Made by a program: the position numbers and the translations under genes. 64,000 nucleotides of DNA, from contig CBDCTH010000012.1 in NCBI GenBank assembly GCA_965222155.1, positions 3,424,001 to 3,488,000 of the forward strand, read 5' to 3'. Source of the DNA: Gammaproteobacteria bacterium (GTDB lineage: Bacteria > Pseudomonadota > Gammaproteobacteria > Eutrophobiales > Eutrophobiaceae). A model generated the notes under the pieces. It was not told the origin of the DNA. It made no database searches and was given only the letters and a program-made list of their open reading frames with translations. The first letter of the stretch is position 1; each line of letters opens with the position of its first letter. Below, piece by piece: positions 42,200 to 52,968 of this stretch.

Positions 42200-43783
42200 T
42201 TGATGAGTTATAGCTACTCAAGTTTGGACAAAAAGAACAGGAAATGGTTCATAAATGACGATTCGAGGGGCACTCTTGCAAGCGTTTCTCTTGTTATAGG
42301 AAAGATCCGCGGATTACATCCATTCAAGATTTGCTTTGAGTATCCCATATCTGCAATTGCAGGGGTCAACGGATCAGGTAAATCAACAATTTTAGCGATT
42401 GTGTCGTGTGCATTTCACAATCATCCTGGGGGATTTACGCCATCCCTTAGGAAGCAATCATATTATACGTTCAGGGATTTCTTTATCCAATCTGCAGACG
42501 AAACTCCCATTGAAGGTGTGGAGATCAGGTTCGGTATACGCAATAACAAATGGCGTGGCGGAAAGTCAGGTCTCAGATATCAAGTCAGAAGGAAGCGCAG
42601 TGGTGGGAGGTGGAACGATTACCACACTCGGGTAAAGCGAAACGTTATATATTTTGGTATTCAAAGGGTTGTCCCGCACTTTGAGCGGAGTGTTCATAAA
42701 TCGTACCATTCACATTTCAAACCAGGTAGCCTGCCTTTAGAAACTCGAAAGAAAATAGCCGATATTACTGGTCGTATTATCGGGAAAACTTATACTTATT
42801 TCGATAACTACGAGCATTCCAAATATTCACTTCCGCGAGTGGAGACTGCGGGAATAAACTACTCTGGTTTCAATATGGGATCTGGAGAGAGTGCTGTTTT
42901 TGAGATTTTCACGGCAATTTTTCTGGCTGGACCTGGAACGCTCGTTGTCGTTGATGAAATTGAACTTGGCCTTCACGAAGAAGCTCAACACCGACTTATA
43001 GATGAGTTCAAGAAACTCTGTCTTGACTTAAAATGTCAAATTATTTGCTCGACACACTCACATGCTATTTTGAGCCGACTCCCCCCTGAAGGCCGTTTCT
43101 ATATTGAGGAGGTAAATTCCAAAACATCGATCAACAAGGGGATTTCTGCTGATTTTGCATGTGGAAAAATGGGCCGACCACACGCTCAGGAGCTCGATAT
43201 CTTTGTTGAAGATGCTGTTGCCAAGTCAATCCTTCAAAGCTTGCTGCCATTGGACCTCAGAAAGCGCTCTCGAATAACGCCAATTGGTTCCCACGGTAGT
43301 GTATTGCGCCAACTCACTTCCCGTTATTTAGACGGCAAAGGAAATTGTCTGTGTATATTGGATGGTGATCAGGAAAATGCCGCGGAAGCTTCTAAGAAGC
43401 TCGTTATTAAATACTCTGAAGCAAGCACAGACGCGAAAAAATCTGAGGTATCTGATTGGGCCGAGAAGAGGATATCTTTCCTACCTGGGAGCACATGGCC
43501 AGAAAAATGGTTGTTGGAAAGTGCAATCAACTGGCTTCAAAGCGGTTCTCCTGATGTTCCAACAGACATAGTCTGCCCTTGGGGACTGACCTCAAAACAT
43601 GAATTATTGGGGTTTCTTGAGAAAGCGAACAACTCTGATAAACACAACGAGTTTTTTGAACTTGCCAAAGTAGTCGACCTGGATAAAGAGCGTGTTCGAG
43701 ATGACATAATAAAGTTTGTGCTGAAGATCGAAGAGCCGAAAACACAGGTGCTTATCGATAAGGTTAAGGAGATGCTGCCTTAG
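42200..43783 (+). CDS. ABC-type ATPase fused to a TOPRIM domain (OLD-like nuclease)
   Basis: GVNGSGKST, NMGSGE signature, VVVDEIE, CSTHS, IFVED and ILDGD. Confidence 0.85.
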   Translation: MMSYSYSSLDKKNRKWFINDDSRGTLASVSLVIGKIRGLHPFKICFEYPISAIAGVNGSGKSTILAIVSCAFHNHPGGFTPSLRKQSYYTFRDFFIQSADETPIEGVEIRFGIRNNKWRGGKSGLRYQVRRKRSGGRWNDYHTRVKRNVIYFGIQRVVPHFERSVHKSYHSHFKPGSLPLETRKKIADITGRIIGKTYTYFDNYEHSKYSLPRVETAGINYSGFNMGSGESAVFEIFTAIFLAGPGTLVVVDEIELGLHEEAQHRLIDEFKKLCLDLKCQIICSTHSHAILSRLPPEGRFYIEEVNSKTSINKGISADFACGKMGRPHAQELDIFVEDAVAKSILQSLLPLDLRKRSRITPIGSHGSVLRQLTSRYLDGKGNCLCILDGDQENAAEASKKLVIKYSEASTDAKKSEVSDWAEKRISFLPGSTWPEKWLLESAINWLQSGSPDVPTDIVCPWGLTSKHELLGFLEKANNSDKHNEFFELAKVVDLDKERVRDDIIKFVLKIEEPKTQVLIDKVKEMLP

Positions 43784-44428
43784 TGGTTGACTTATAAGTA
43801 AGTTTTTTTAAGGCGTTTCGGCGAGCTGTTTATGGTAAAAAAAGGGGACAGACTGGAAGAAAAGGAGACAGGTTTAAACCTGCTCCCTTTCCCTCCTTCC
43901 TGCAGAGTAAAAATAAATCTGCCTAGGTGCATCCGCCAAAAGTTGTTCAACGAAAGGCCGGTTGTCCGACTTTCTGGATGACGCGGCTGGTTCCTTTAAT
44001 GCTCTGATATGTGTTCATATTTCAGGCTTTGCAACGTCGATTACGTAAATTGAGATCTTGCGCTTCTCGTCTTCTGAGAGCGTGTCGAGCAAACGATTTT
44101 CGAGATCGGCAGCACTTTTTGGCCGGCGTCTCTCCCCGGGTGTTGATCGACAATGTTCCGTGTCTCCGAACCAGAATACGAGATAAATTCCATAACTATC
44201 TGCGCCCGGGTCCCGAGTGTATTTGGCAATCAACTGCGTTTTTATCGCACTCCAAAGATCGCGATGACATGCGTATTTCACGGCAAAGCTGCCTCCCATT
44301 ACATCCGAAAGCTGCCACCTGTTACACGGCAAAGCTGCCACCCCTGACGGGGTAAAAATCCGGAGTGTTTGACGCGGATAACCACCGGTATCCTGTATCC
44401 TTTTTTCTGTTGAAAGGAGGAGACGCAA

Positions 44429-45970
44429 ATGCCTGCAAAGAGGTTATCCATGAGAAAGATAAAAGACGTTTTACGCTTGTGTTGGGGGCAGGGCCTGAGC
44501 AAACGCAAGGCCGCCAGAAGTTGCGGGGTCTCACGTCCGGCGGTCGATGAGTATCTGCGCCGGGCCGAGGCGGTCGGGCTGTGCTGGCCGTTGCCCGCGG
44601 GGCTGGATGATGGGGCGCTGGAGCGCCTGCTGTTTCCGCCCCCACCGGTCTTGCCGGCCGGGGAACGCGGCGTGCCCGATTGGTCTCACATCCACCAGGA
44701 GTTGAAACGAAAAGGCGTCACCTTGTTTCTGTTGTGGCAGGAATATCGCCAGCGCCATCCTCACGGTTATCAGTACACCTGGTTCTGCCAGCATTATCGA
44801 ACGTGGTGCGGCAAGCTGGACCTCGTCATGCGCCAGACCCACCGGGCCGGTGAGAAGCTGTTCGTGGATTATGCCGGCATGCGGGTTGCCATCATCGACC
44901 CATCGACCGGGGAGGTGCGTGAGGCGGAGGTCTTTGTGGCGGCGCTGGGCGCGTCCAACTACACCTATGCCGAGGCCACCTGGAGCCAGGGCCTGGAAGA
45001 TTGGGTCGGTGCGCATGTGCGCTGTTTTGCGTACCTGGGTGGCGTGCCTGAGTTGGTGGTGCCTGATAATTTACGCGCCGGGGTCAGCAAGGCGCATCGC
45101 TATGAGCCGGACATCAACCCCACCTATCAGGACATGGCCACACATTACGGGGTCGCCATCCTGCCGGCGCGGGTGCGTCGCCCGCGTGACAAAGCGAAAG
45201 CAGAGGTCGCCGTACAGGTGGTGGAACGCTGGATTCTCGCCGCGCTGCGCCACCGTCAGTTCTTCTCACTGGCGGCCTTGAACCGTGCCATAGATGAACT
45301 GCTGGCGCAGCTCAACAATCGGCCCTTCAAGAAACTGCCGGGTACCCGGCGCGAGCAGTTCGAGCAACTGGACCGGCCGGCCCTGCAGCCCCTGCCCACC
45401 GAACCCTATGTGTATGCCGAGTGGAAACGGGTGCGCGTACACATCGACTATCACGTCGAGGTGCATGGTCACTACTACTCCGTGCCCCACGCGCTGGTCA
45501 AAAAGCAACTGGACGTGCGCATCACCCGCCATACCATTGAGTGTTTCCATCGTGGCCAGCGGGTCGCCAGCCATCGACGCGCATACCACAAGGCACGCCA
45601 TACGACCGTCACGGCCCATATGCCCGAGGCACACCGTCAGGCCGGTGAGTGGTCCCCGCAACGCCTGGGACGCTGGGCGGCGAAGGTCGGGCCGGCCACA
45701 GAAACACGTATCCTCAGTGTGCTCTCTGCCCGCAAGCACCCCCAGCAAGCCTACCGTAGTTGCCTGGGGATTTTGCGCCTTGATAACAGCTATGGCAAAG
45801 ACCGGCTGGAGGCCGCCTGCCAGCGCGTACTCACCCTGGGCAGCCACAGTTACAAGAGTATCGAATCCATCCTCCGCCACGGCCTGGACCGGCAACCTCT
45901 CGCCGAGCAGACCGAGGCGGCTTTGCCCGAGGACCACGATAACATCCGTGGCCCCGCCTATTACCACTGA
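44429..45970 (+). CDS. istA: IS21 transposase
   Basis: [32 protein letters not shown]. Confidence 0.95.
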   Translation: MPAKRLSMRKIKDVLRLCWGQGLSKRKAARSCGVSRPAVDEYLRRAEAVGLCWPLPAGLDDGALERLLFPPPPVLPAGERGVPDWSHIHQELKRKGVTLFLLWQEYRQRHPHGYQYTWFCQHYRTWCGKLDLVMRQTHRAGEKLFVDYAGMRVAIIDPSTGEVREAEVFVAALGASNYTYAEATWSQGLEDWVGAHVRCFAYLGGVPELVVPDNLRAGVSKAHRYEPDINPTYQDMATHYGVAILPARVRRPRDKAKAEVAVQVVERWILAALRHRQFFSLAALNRAIDELLAQLNNRPFKKLPGTRREQFEQLDRPALQPLPTEPYVYAEWKRVRVHIDYHVEVHGHYYSVPHALVKKQLDVRITRHTIECFHRGQRVASHRRAYHKARHTTVTAHMPEAHRQAGEWSPQRLGRWAAKVGPATETRILSVLSARKHPQQAYRSCLGILRLDNSYGKDRLEAACQRVLTLGSHSYKSIESILRHGLDRQPLAEQTEAALPEDHDNIRGPAYYH

Positions 45971-45989
45971 CCGATAACAGGAGACTGCT

Positions 45990-46745
45990 ATGTTGACACA
46001 TCCCACCCTGGATAAACTCCAGACACTGAAATGTACCGCTATGGCCACCGCCCTGACCGAGCAGATGCGTATGCCGGCTATCGAGGAGTTGGCCTTCGAG
46101 GAACGCCTCGGTTTGCTGGTCGACCGGGAAATCACCGAGCGGGAAAACCGACGCCTCACCAGCCGGCTGCGCCGCGCCCGACTCAAGCATAATGCCGCCT
46201 TGGAGAATGTCGACTATCGCCATCCGCGGGGACTGGACAAAGCCCTGATACAGTCGCTGACCACCTGCCAGTGGGTCAGCGAACACCTCAATATCCGCAT
46301 CACCGGCCCCACCGGCGTGGGCAAAACCTGGCTGGCCTGTGCCCTGGCACACAGCGCCTGCCGGCACGGCTACACAGCCCTGTACCTGCGCCTGCCCAGA
46401 TTCCTGCAGGACAGGGCAATCGCTAAGGGGGATGGACGCTATCCCAAGCTCCTCACCACCCTGGCGAAAACGCATGTCCTGATCCTCGATGACTGGGGTC
46501 TTGTCACATTGACCGCAGAGCACCGCCGTGACCTGCTGGAAATCCTGGAAGACCGCCACGGGCTACGCTCCACACTGGCTACCAGCCAGTTGCCGACCGA
46601 AAAATGGCACGACAGCATCGGCGACCCCACACTCGCCGATGCGATCCTTGACCGGCTGGTTCACAACGCTTACAAGCTCAATCTCAAGGGAGAATCCATG
46701 CGAAAACACAAAGAAAAGTTGACGTACACCACCCTGGCTGAGTAA
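45990..46745 (+). CDS. istB: IS21 helper ATPase
   Basis: GPTGVGKT, LILDDWG, ADAILDRLVH. Confidence 0.95.
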   Translation: MLTHPTLDKLQTLKCTAMATALTEQMRMPAIEELAFEERLGLLVDREITERENRRLTSRLRRARLKHNAALENVDYRHPRGLDKALIQSLTTCQWVSEHLNIRITGPTGVGKTWLACALAHSACRHGYTALYLRLPRFLQDRAIAKGDGRYPKLLTTLAKTHVLILDDWGLVTLTAEHRRDLLEILEDRHGLRSTLATSQLPTEKWHDSIGDPTLADAILDRLVHNAYKLNLKGESMRKHKEKLTYTTLAE

Positions 46746-47662
46746 TACTACCCAAAACCCGCGTCGCTCCGCTCCGATGGGTGGTAGCTTTGCCCCGTTC
46801 CGGGTGGCAGCTTTCACGTGTGATGGGCGGCAGGATTCAGTGAATTACGCGATGACAGCTTCTCTTAACCTCCACCGGAGCGTTGAAACTACCGTAACAT
46901 ACGTGAATGTCTGACCGTTTGTCGTTGGCGTAACGACCCTCCGGTTGGGCGTCGATACCCAATTGCTTTAACCTGTCTTGTAAAGCTGATAACAGTGCAT
47001 CCCGGCACGCGTCTTCCGGTTTCGGGTTCTGTGGTCGATTGTAAGAGTCTACGTTCCAATACTGGCGCCAGTCGGATGTGTTTCCATAGCGGATGTTTTT
47101 TGATATTACGCGTAAATATTCAAACGTCAGCGCGGCGAGGTCGTTAGCGTTCGCAGGATTGCGATTATCGAGTACCTCAAGCACCTGCTCGACCTCGGGA
47201 TGCTGAAATTCGACTTCACGTCGCGTGATGTTCTGTTGATATTTGGCATCGTTGAGATAGGACCGCCAAGGGAGCAGCTCATCGTCGGACGACAGCGTTT
47301 CGAGAGCATCGGTAGCGGCCCGGGTTGGGACGGATGCCAGTTGATTGATGAATCTCCGAATGTGGTCCGGCGCTGTCATGGCCGCTGTCACAGTAATGTC
47401 TTCTTCCGAAGTGGAATCAAGAGAATAAGGTCTGCAGGAAGGACCGATCAGCCGGACCAGAAGTTGCAGTATCGGAACAGTCAGGCGTTCGATGACCCCT
47501 TGGGTTTGGACCGCCGCCAAGCATCGAAGTCGGCGTTCATTACCGGCTGTATAGGATGCCAGCCTTTCGAGATACGAGTCCGGCGAAGCAAGAAGACCGG
47601 CGGGAGTTTGGGACACTCATAAAATAGCGAATTCATGCCACTGAGTCTTATCGCCAGACCGA

Positions 47663-47992
47663 CTAATTAATCTTGCAAAGGATCCTTATATGATTGCCTT
47701 TCATTTCTGCCTGGTATTTCGGAGGATCCCGGAAGGGCCATGGGCAATCGCCCCGCTTTTTCATCCAATTACCGATGCTTTGGCTACGAATTTCCGAGCA
47801 TGTGCGCCAGAATGATGGGCTTAGTTCGATATTCAGGGGCTGCACTTCACCGTTGCAGAGAGGCAGTTCGAGGACAACTTCACTCAGCCCTTTGAACAGT
47901 TTATTACGATCCATTAGCTTTACTCCGAACCCCAATGCTCCTGGTGCCTCCCTTGTTCCCGATTTCCAACCAGTCAATTCTATAATCGTCAT
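47663..47992 (-). CDS. Small hypothetical protein
   Basis: Open frame with SFWRTCSEIRS..IG.W....G..PWP...PP; function unknown. Confidence 0.55.
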   Translation of the reverse strand: MTIIELTGWKSGTREAPGALGFGVKLMDRNKLFKGLSEVVLELPLCNGEVQPLNIELSPSFWRTCSEIRSQSIGNWMKKRGDCPWPFRDPPKYQAEMKGNHIRILCKIN

Positions 47993-48306
47993 GTTCATCC
48001 ACTCAGTGTTTTTGGATATAGAAAGTATAAACCCCGTTATTCTCGCAAATCCATACTCATTTTTTGTCAGCCTTTCCCTCTTCTTCACTGGAAGCTGATA
48101 TAAGTTTGTCCAATATGTATTGCACCCGGACAATGTATTGACTGTTTTATGAAGCATGTTATAAGATCAGGACAACTATTTGAGCTTGTGCAAGGGTAGT
48201 ATATCCGATGGGTGAAGATTGGCATTTACCTGTATCGGAGCAGAAAAAAGCCTCATTAGACGGCTGATATCAACGGACCAACGGGATTTTTGCAGGAGGA
48301 ATTGAA

Positions 48307-49236
48307 ATGGCCAAACGTATAAGTATTATCAACTTCAAAGGTGGGGTTGGTAAAACCACCCTTGCATATCACCTCGGCACTGGACTGGCAAAGTATCATA
48401 ATGCCAGAGTACTGCTGATAGACGTGGACCACCAAAGCAGTTTATCCATTGTTTGCTTAAAGGCTGATAAATGGCAAAAAGCAGTCGATGAAAAATGTAC
48501 GATTAATGAGGTCTTTCAACCGTTTGTTGGCCAATCATCTGGCCCACCCGGTGATGAAATTATTCTCAGAGAGCCAATCAGGAATAGGGGCTATAACAGC
48601 ATGGACCTCGTTCCTGCCAGCCTGCAACTTGATGATACCGAAATTGAACTGACGGCTTCACATCAGGGTAACGCTATCCACTCGGAATGGAACAAGAGAA
48701 CTCTTATATGTCGTTGGATTGAAGATGTCGGAATTAATGATGAATACGATTATATTATTTTCGATTGTCCACCCGCGACGAAAATCGTTTCCCAGAACGC
48801 CATTGCAGCTAGCCATGGTTATATCATTCCCGTTGTTCCGGAAGCAGTGATGGAGCGTGGAGCACCCCATCTGTACGAAATGGTACGGACTGGCATTGAT
48901 ACCCGATTGAATGCGCTAGCTGCAATGGGAGAACCAAGAAAGATGTACGTGTCCGAGACTAAACTTGTCGGGTTGGTAATCACTCGAATACAGACTGCTG
49001 GGGGCTACTCTGGATATACCAATGATCACACTCAGCATCTCGATTCGCTGAAAAGGCGTTGGAAAAATATGTTGGTAAAACCCTATATTGTTCAGGGAAC
49101 AGGTCTGTCTCAGGCCTTGGCAGATGGCGTTCCGGTTTATGATCGGAGTTCGACCCAGAACGTAGGTGGGCGAGGAATTCATAAACAGTTTGAGAAACTG
49201 ACAACCGAACTTAAACAGAGGGTTGACAGCCTATGA
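48307..49236 (+). CDS. ParA/Soj-family ATPase
   Basis: NFKGGVGKTT, LIDVDHQ, FDCPP; AGGAGG RBS. Confidence 0.92.
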   Translation: MAKRISIINFKGGVGKTTLAYHLGTGLAKYHNARVLLIDVDHQSSLSIVCLKADKWQKAVDEKCTINEVFQPFVGQSSGPPGDEIILREPIRNRGYNSMDLVPASLQLDDTEIELTASHQGNAIHSEWNKRTLICRWIEDVGINDEYDYIIFDCPPATKIVSQNAIAASHGYIIPVVPEAVMERGAPHLYEMVRTGIDTRLNALAAMGEPRKMYVSETKLVGLVITRIQTAGGYSGYTNDHTQHLDSLKRRWKNMLVKPYIVQGTGLSQALADGVPVYDRSSTQNVGGRGIHKQFEKLTTELKQRVDSL

Positions 49237-49751
49237 ATGACGAACAGCAGAATTCGGTTAGAGAACCTGATCCCAATGCCCAGGCAAATTATTTGCTGGT
49301 TGACGATATCGTTCGATACTTATCGCGCCTGGCGAACCTGTACAGTGAAGCAAAAACAGGCAACTCGGAATTAAGTGATGGGCTTCGACAGTTGGTCAAT
49401 GCCTTACGGCCTTATTCAAACCGCCCTGTTCCTGATCTTGCCGATATTATCAGAGAGGCAACTCTACGGAGATTCCGTGAAACTTCCCCAAAGAAGATTA
49501 AAGCAATACTTCCATCTAATCTGGAATCTCTTCCGCCACAGGAGGTCGAAAAAATACTGGATGATGAAAACTACACAAAGGATCAGGTGATTAACCTCGG
49601 GGTCCAACGTTTTGGTATTTCCTCTGCGAAGCTCACACGCCTTGGCAAGAAAAATGTACTGGAGTCAATACGTGCTGCGCTAAACCATGAAAAATCACTC
49701 GAAGTGATTTCCAAGGAAGCACAACGCGGAGGTGAAATGAGGTCATCTTAG
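49233..49751 (+). CDS. Hypothetical protein coupled to ParA
   Basis: ATGA overlap with the parA stop; 172-aa helical-looking ORF without ParB motifs. Confidence 0.75.
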   Translation: MNDEQQNSVREPDPNAQANYLLVDDIVRYLSRLANLYSEAKTGNSELSDGLRQLVNALRPYSNRPVPDLADIIREATLRRFRETSPKKIKAILPSNLESLPPQEVEKILDDENYTKDQVINLGVQRFGISSAKLTRLGKKNVLESIRAALNHEKSLEVISKEAQRGGEMRSS

Positions 49752-49866
49752 GCAGTATAATTCTGAATATAGGTTGTTGACGCCGCACAATCAGGAACAG
49801 CGACGTTGTTCGAGGCTCTTAATTAGCACCCTCGGATTTTTATTCCTCAGGAAATTCAGAAATTCA

Positions 49867-50024
49867 GGGGACACAATACTTAATTATCCTGCCGTTGTTT
49901 TGGCCTTGGTTTTTTCTTTTTCAGCGACCGGCCCAACACCCCCTCAATCCTGCCAATAAATCCCTCATCCCCCAAGGGTCTGCCCGTACGCGCATGGGTA
50001 TTCCAGAATTAAGTATTGTGTCCC
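49867..50024 (-). mobile_element. Internally deleted RAYT (Y1 HUH transposase) element
   Basis: Inverted ends GGGACACAATACTTAATT / AATTAAGTATTGTGTCCC; minus strand encodes HARTGRPLGDEGFIGRIEGVLGRSLKKKKPRPK*, resembling RAYT C-termini. Confidence 0.7.
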
Positions 50025-50027
50025 TAG

Positions 50028-51668
50028 CCCGGATATCTCACCAATAATTGGAAAAGGGTCTCAATCTCTGGTATAATGTGAGTGTTGTCAGTAACTTACA
50101 TAAAAGCGGAGACGAGACCCTATGACGACACAGTGTACTTCAACCCAACTGGCATTTCAATCGTTTGGTCGCCGTAACGTGGTGGGGCGATTTGACGGCG
50201 GTCGGCTGACCTCAGACGCTGGCGGCCTGCTGTTACGCGCAGTGGACCAGCAGCTCGACGTGTTGCCTCGGCTGGCGTCGTGTTTCCTTGGCCCTCGGTG
50301 TGCGGGGATGATTGCTCACTCGGTGGCTGAGTTGCTGGCGCAACGCATGTATGCGCTGGCCTTGGGCTATGAGGCTATCAATGACCATGATGCGTTGCGT
50401 GCGGACAGTTTGTTGGCGCGGTTGGTGGGCAAGCCGGCCCTGACCGGGGCACAACGCCGCCGGGTGCGTGACCGGCGTTATCCGTTGGCGGGGTCAAGCA
50501 CCTTGAACCGGTTGGCGTTGGGGACACCGGCGCACGCGCCCGGTCATCGTTACCAGAAGGTCGTGGCGCTCCCTGAGGAGTTGGACCGGTTGTTGGTCGA
50601 CGGGTGCCTGGAAGCGCAGCCACATCCGCCGCCGGTGTTGTGGCTGGATTTGGATGCGACCGATGACCCGTTGCACGGTCATCAGGAGGGCCGGTTCGTT
50701 CACGGCTACTATAAGTCATACTGTTATCTGCCCTTATATATTTTCTGCGGGGCGCTTCGGGCTTTTGCCGGGAGGAGATAATGGGGGGGTGCGAGGCCAC
50801 TGGCGTGGGTTACCTGCTGGGCCTGGCGCGCACTCTGCGCGTGGCGGGGTTGATTGACAAGGCCTTGCGCAAGTCCCGGCGCCGTTACCTGCAAACCGGG
50901 ACGGCGTCCCGGCGGTTTCGTGAGTTGCGTTATCGCACCCGACAACGTTGGACGCGCAGCCGGCGGGTGGTGGCCAAGGCGGAGTACCTGGCCAAGGGCG
51001 CCAACCCGCGTTTCGTGGTCACCAACCTGGCTACACAGACCGCTGGCGCCCAGTCCTTGTATGAGGCCCTGTACTGTGCCCGGGGTGACATGGAAAACCG
51101 CATCAAGGAGCAGCAACTGGGGCTGTTTGCCGACCGCACCAGCACGGCGACGCTACGCGCCAACCAGTTACGCCTGTATTTATCCTCATTTGCCTACCTG
51201 TTGATGCACGGCCTGCGACGCCTGGGACGGGCCGGGACACGCTGGGCCAGGGCGCAAGGTACCACCCTCCGGGCCAAGCTGTTGAAGTTGGCCGCCGCCG
51301 TGCGCATAACTGCACGCAAGGTGTGGGTCTCCTTCGCCGCCGGCTACCCGTATCAGAACGAGTTCGCCGCCGTGCTGGCCCATCTTCAGCAGGGCCCGGC
51401 CCGGGCGCCCCCCGGATAGACCGCCGGCCCGGGCCGGCCCGACTGTATGCGGCGCTGACAACCGCGTCGGCGACCACACTTGTCCTGATGACCATACCGG
51501 GCCGGACACACCGGGTCAACACCCGGTTGAACACGGGGTTTCCCGGTTCAACGGCTCACCCAGCCGCCCGGGCGCAAGTCAGCTGGCCTTGACACTACCC
51601 CGAAAGGAGTAAATCGCCGGAATTGAGCCTGTTTGACACCTCATAGTAAGATCGGTGAGATATCCGGG
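50028..51668 (+). mobile_element. IS1380-family element with broken transposase
   Basis: 15-bp IR CCCGGATATCTCACC with CTAG on both sides; FDGG.LTSDAG, LDLDATDD..HG.QE, Y..RG.MENRIKE; internal deletion/frameshift near 50750-50780. Confidence 0.92.
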
Positions 51669-51672
51669 CTAG

Positions 51673-52789
51673 CGGTGTTTCTCCTGGTACGTCTGCCGCT
51701 GTTTCCTGCTCCGTCACCCCGGCAACGTCTACGTCGTTATTCCCAAACAACCCCGGATATTCCTGCCAGCCCCACTAGGCGCCCACACCCAGCAAGACCA
51801 CTATGACCACTGTTAGCGCCACACTCGACCAATGTATTCCGGTACGGTCTGTTGTCGTGCCCTCTGCAGGCTGGACTGCGGGCTTACGTACAGACTTTGT
51901 TGGACGACTGCCCCCGGTCAACGCCTGACGCCATGCTGCCACACTCTGCGGCCGGTCATGTTCGTTCACTTCCATCGCCCAGTCTATGGCTTCCAGCAGC
52001 TTGGGACTGTATCTGCCCTTGCCTGCCTCTATGGCAGGGAGTAATACTGCTTCTCCCCTTGTATGCGCCAGCATCCTTGCCACCGCATCCGGTAATTCAC
52101 TGTCTCCCAGCCCGCTGATACACCGGTACGCCACCATCCCCAAGGCATAAATGTCCGTCCAGGCGCCGACTCGGTCTACCTTGCCGTCATACTGCTCCAC
52201 CGGCGCATACCCCGGGGTTAATATGCTGGTAATCGGCTTGGAACGCTGCCCCACCGCCTGACGGGCAGCGCCGAAGTCCAATACCACAGCACTCCCGTCA
52301 TCTTCCCGCAACATCAGGTTGCCCGGCTTGATGTCCCGATGCACGTAACCGGCCTCGTGCATGACTGCCAAGCCCGATAACACTTCCTCCAGTAGACGAC
52401 TTAAGGATTCTTCCTCTAGGCAGGGCTCTTTACTTAATCGGGCAGCCAGGGTCTCTCCATGAACGTACTCCAGCACCATGTACGCCGTGCCGTTGGACTC
52501 GAAGAAACGATAGACCCGGTTCAGGTGGGTATGGACAAACCGGGCCAGGGTGCGGGCCTCATCCAGGAACCGGGTCAACCCCCAGTGGTAGTCCTGGGCA
52601 TCCGTGTTAGATTTGGGTACTACCGTGCTGGCTTCCGTGCGCGCGGCAAACTCTCCGGGCAAGTACTCCTTGATGGCCACGAACTTGTCCAGGTGGGCGT
52701 CATAGGCCCGGGGTCCCCAGCACCGCATCCAGCCGGTATTCCTCAAAGCGGGTGCCGGGCGGCAGGGCATGGATATGGTCTATGGGCAT
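51673..52789 (-). pseudogene. Hanks-type Ser/Thr protein kinase with TM helix
   Basis: VAIKEY, HRDIKPGN, DFG, TPGYAP.E; Gly-loop deleted with frameshift, premature stop at 51775, 3' end cut at IS1380. Confidence 0.85.
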
Positions 52790-52968
52790 AGGCGGCTGCA
52801 AGTCCCCGGCTGCAGTGGATGAGTGATTCTGATTGTAGGACAGCCCTTGAGACAGAGTCAATGCGGAGGATGTCCTGATGGCAATGCACCAGTCGTTTAA
52901 TTGAGAAGCAGCCGGCAAAGTGCCACCGACTAAGTTTGAAAAATGTACTATAATTAGTTTGACAGGTC

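Larger units (their letters stand above)
44270..46851 (+). mobile_element. Complete IS21-family element
   Basis: TGCGTATTTCAC / GTGAATTACGCG ends, internal (AAAG)CTGCCACC repeats, (G)ATGACA target duplication. Confidence 0.93.
44015..47640 (-). pseudogene. C-terminal part of a large protein ending in a PD-(D/E)XK nuclease domain; split by IS21, 5' end lost
   Basis: Removing IS21 and one target repeat rejoins ...DKRSDI...VEVKRSCHR to DLWSAIKTQL..KY...GIYLVFWFG in frame. Confidence 0.8.

Noticed and set aside
42200-43783. Complete retron or Gabija system
   Set aside because: No reverse transcriptase in the window; the UvrD-like gene is 12 kb away in another operon
48307-49751. Plasmid or chromosome partition locus
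   Set aside because: No ParB motif, parS or replication gene seen
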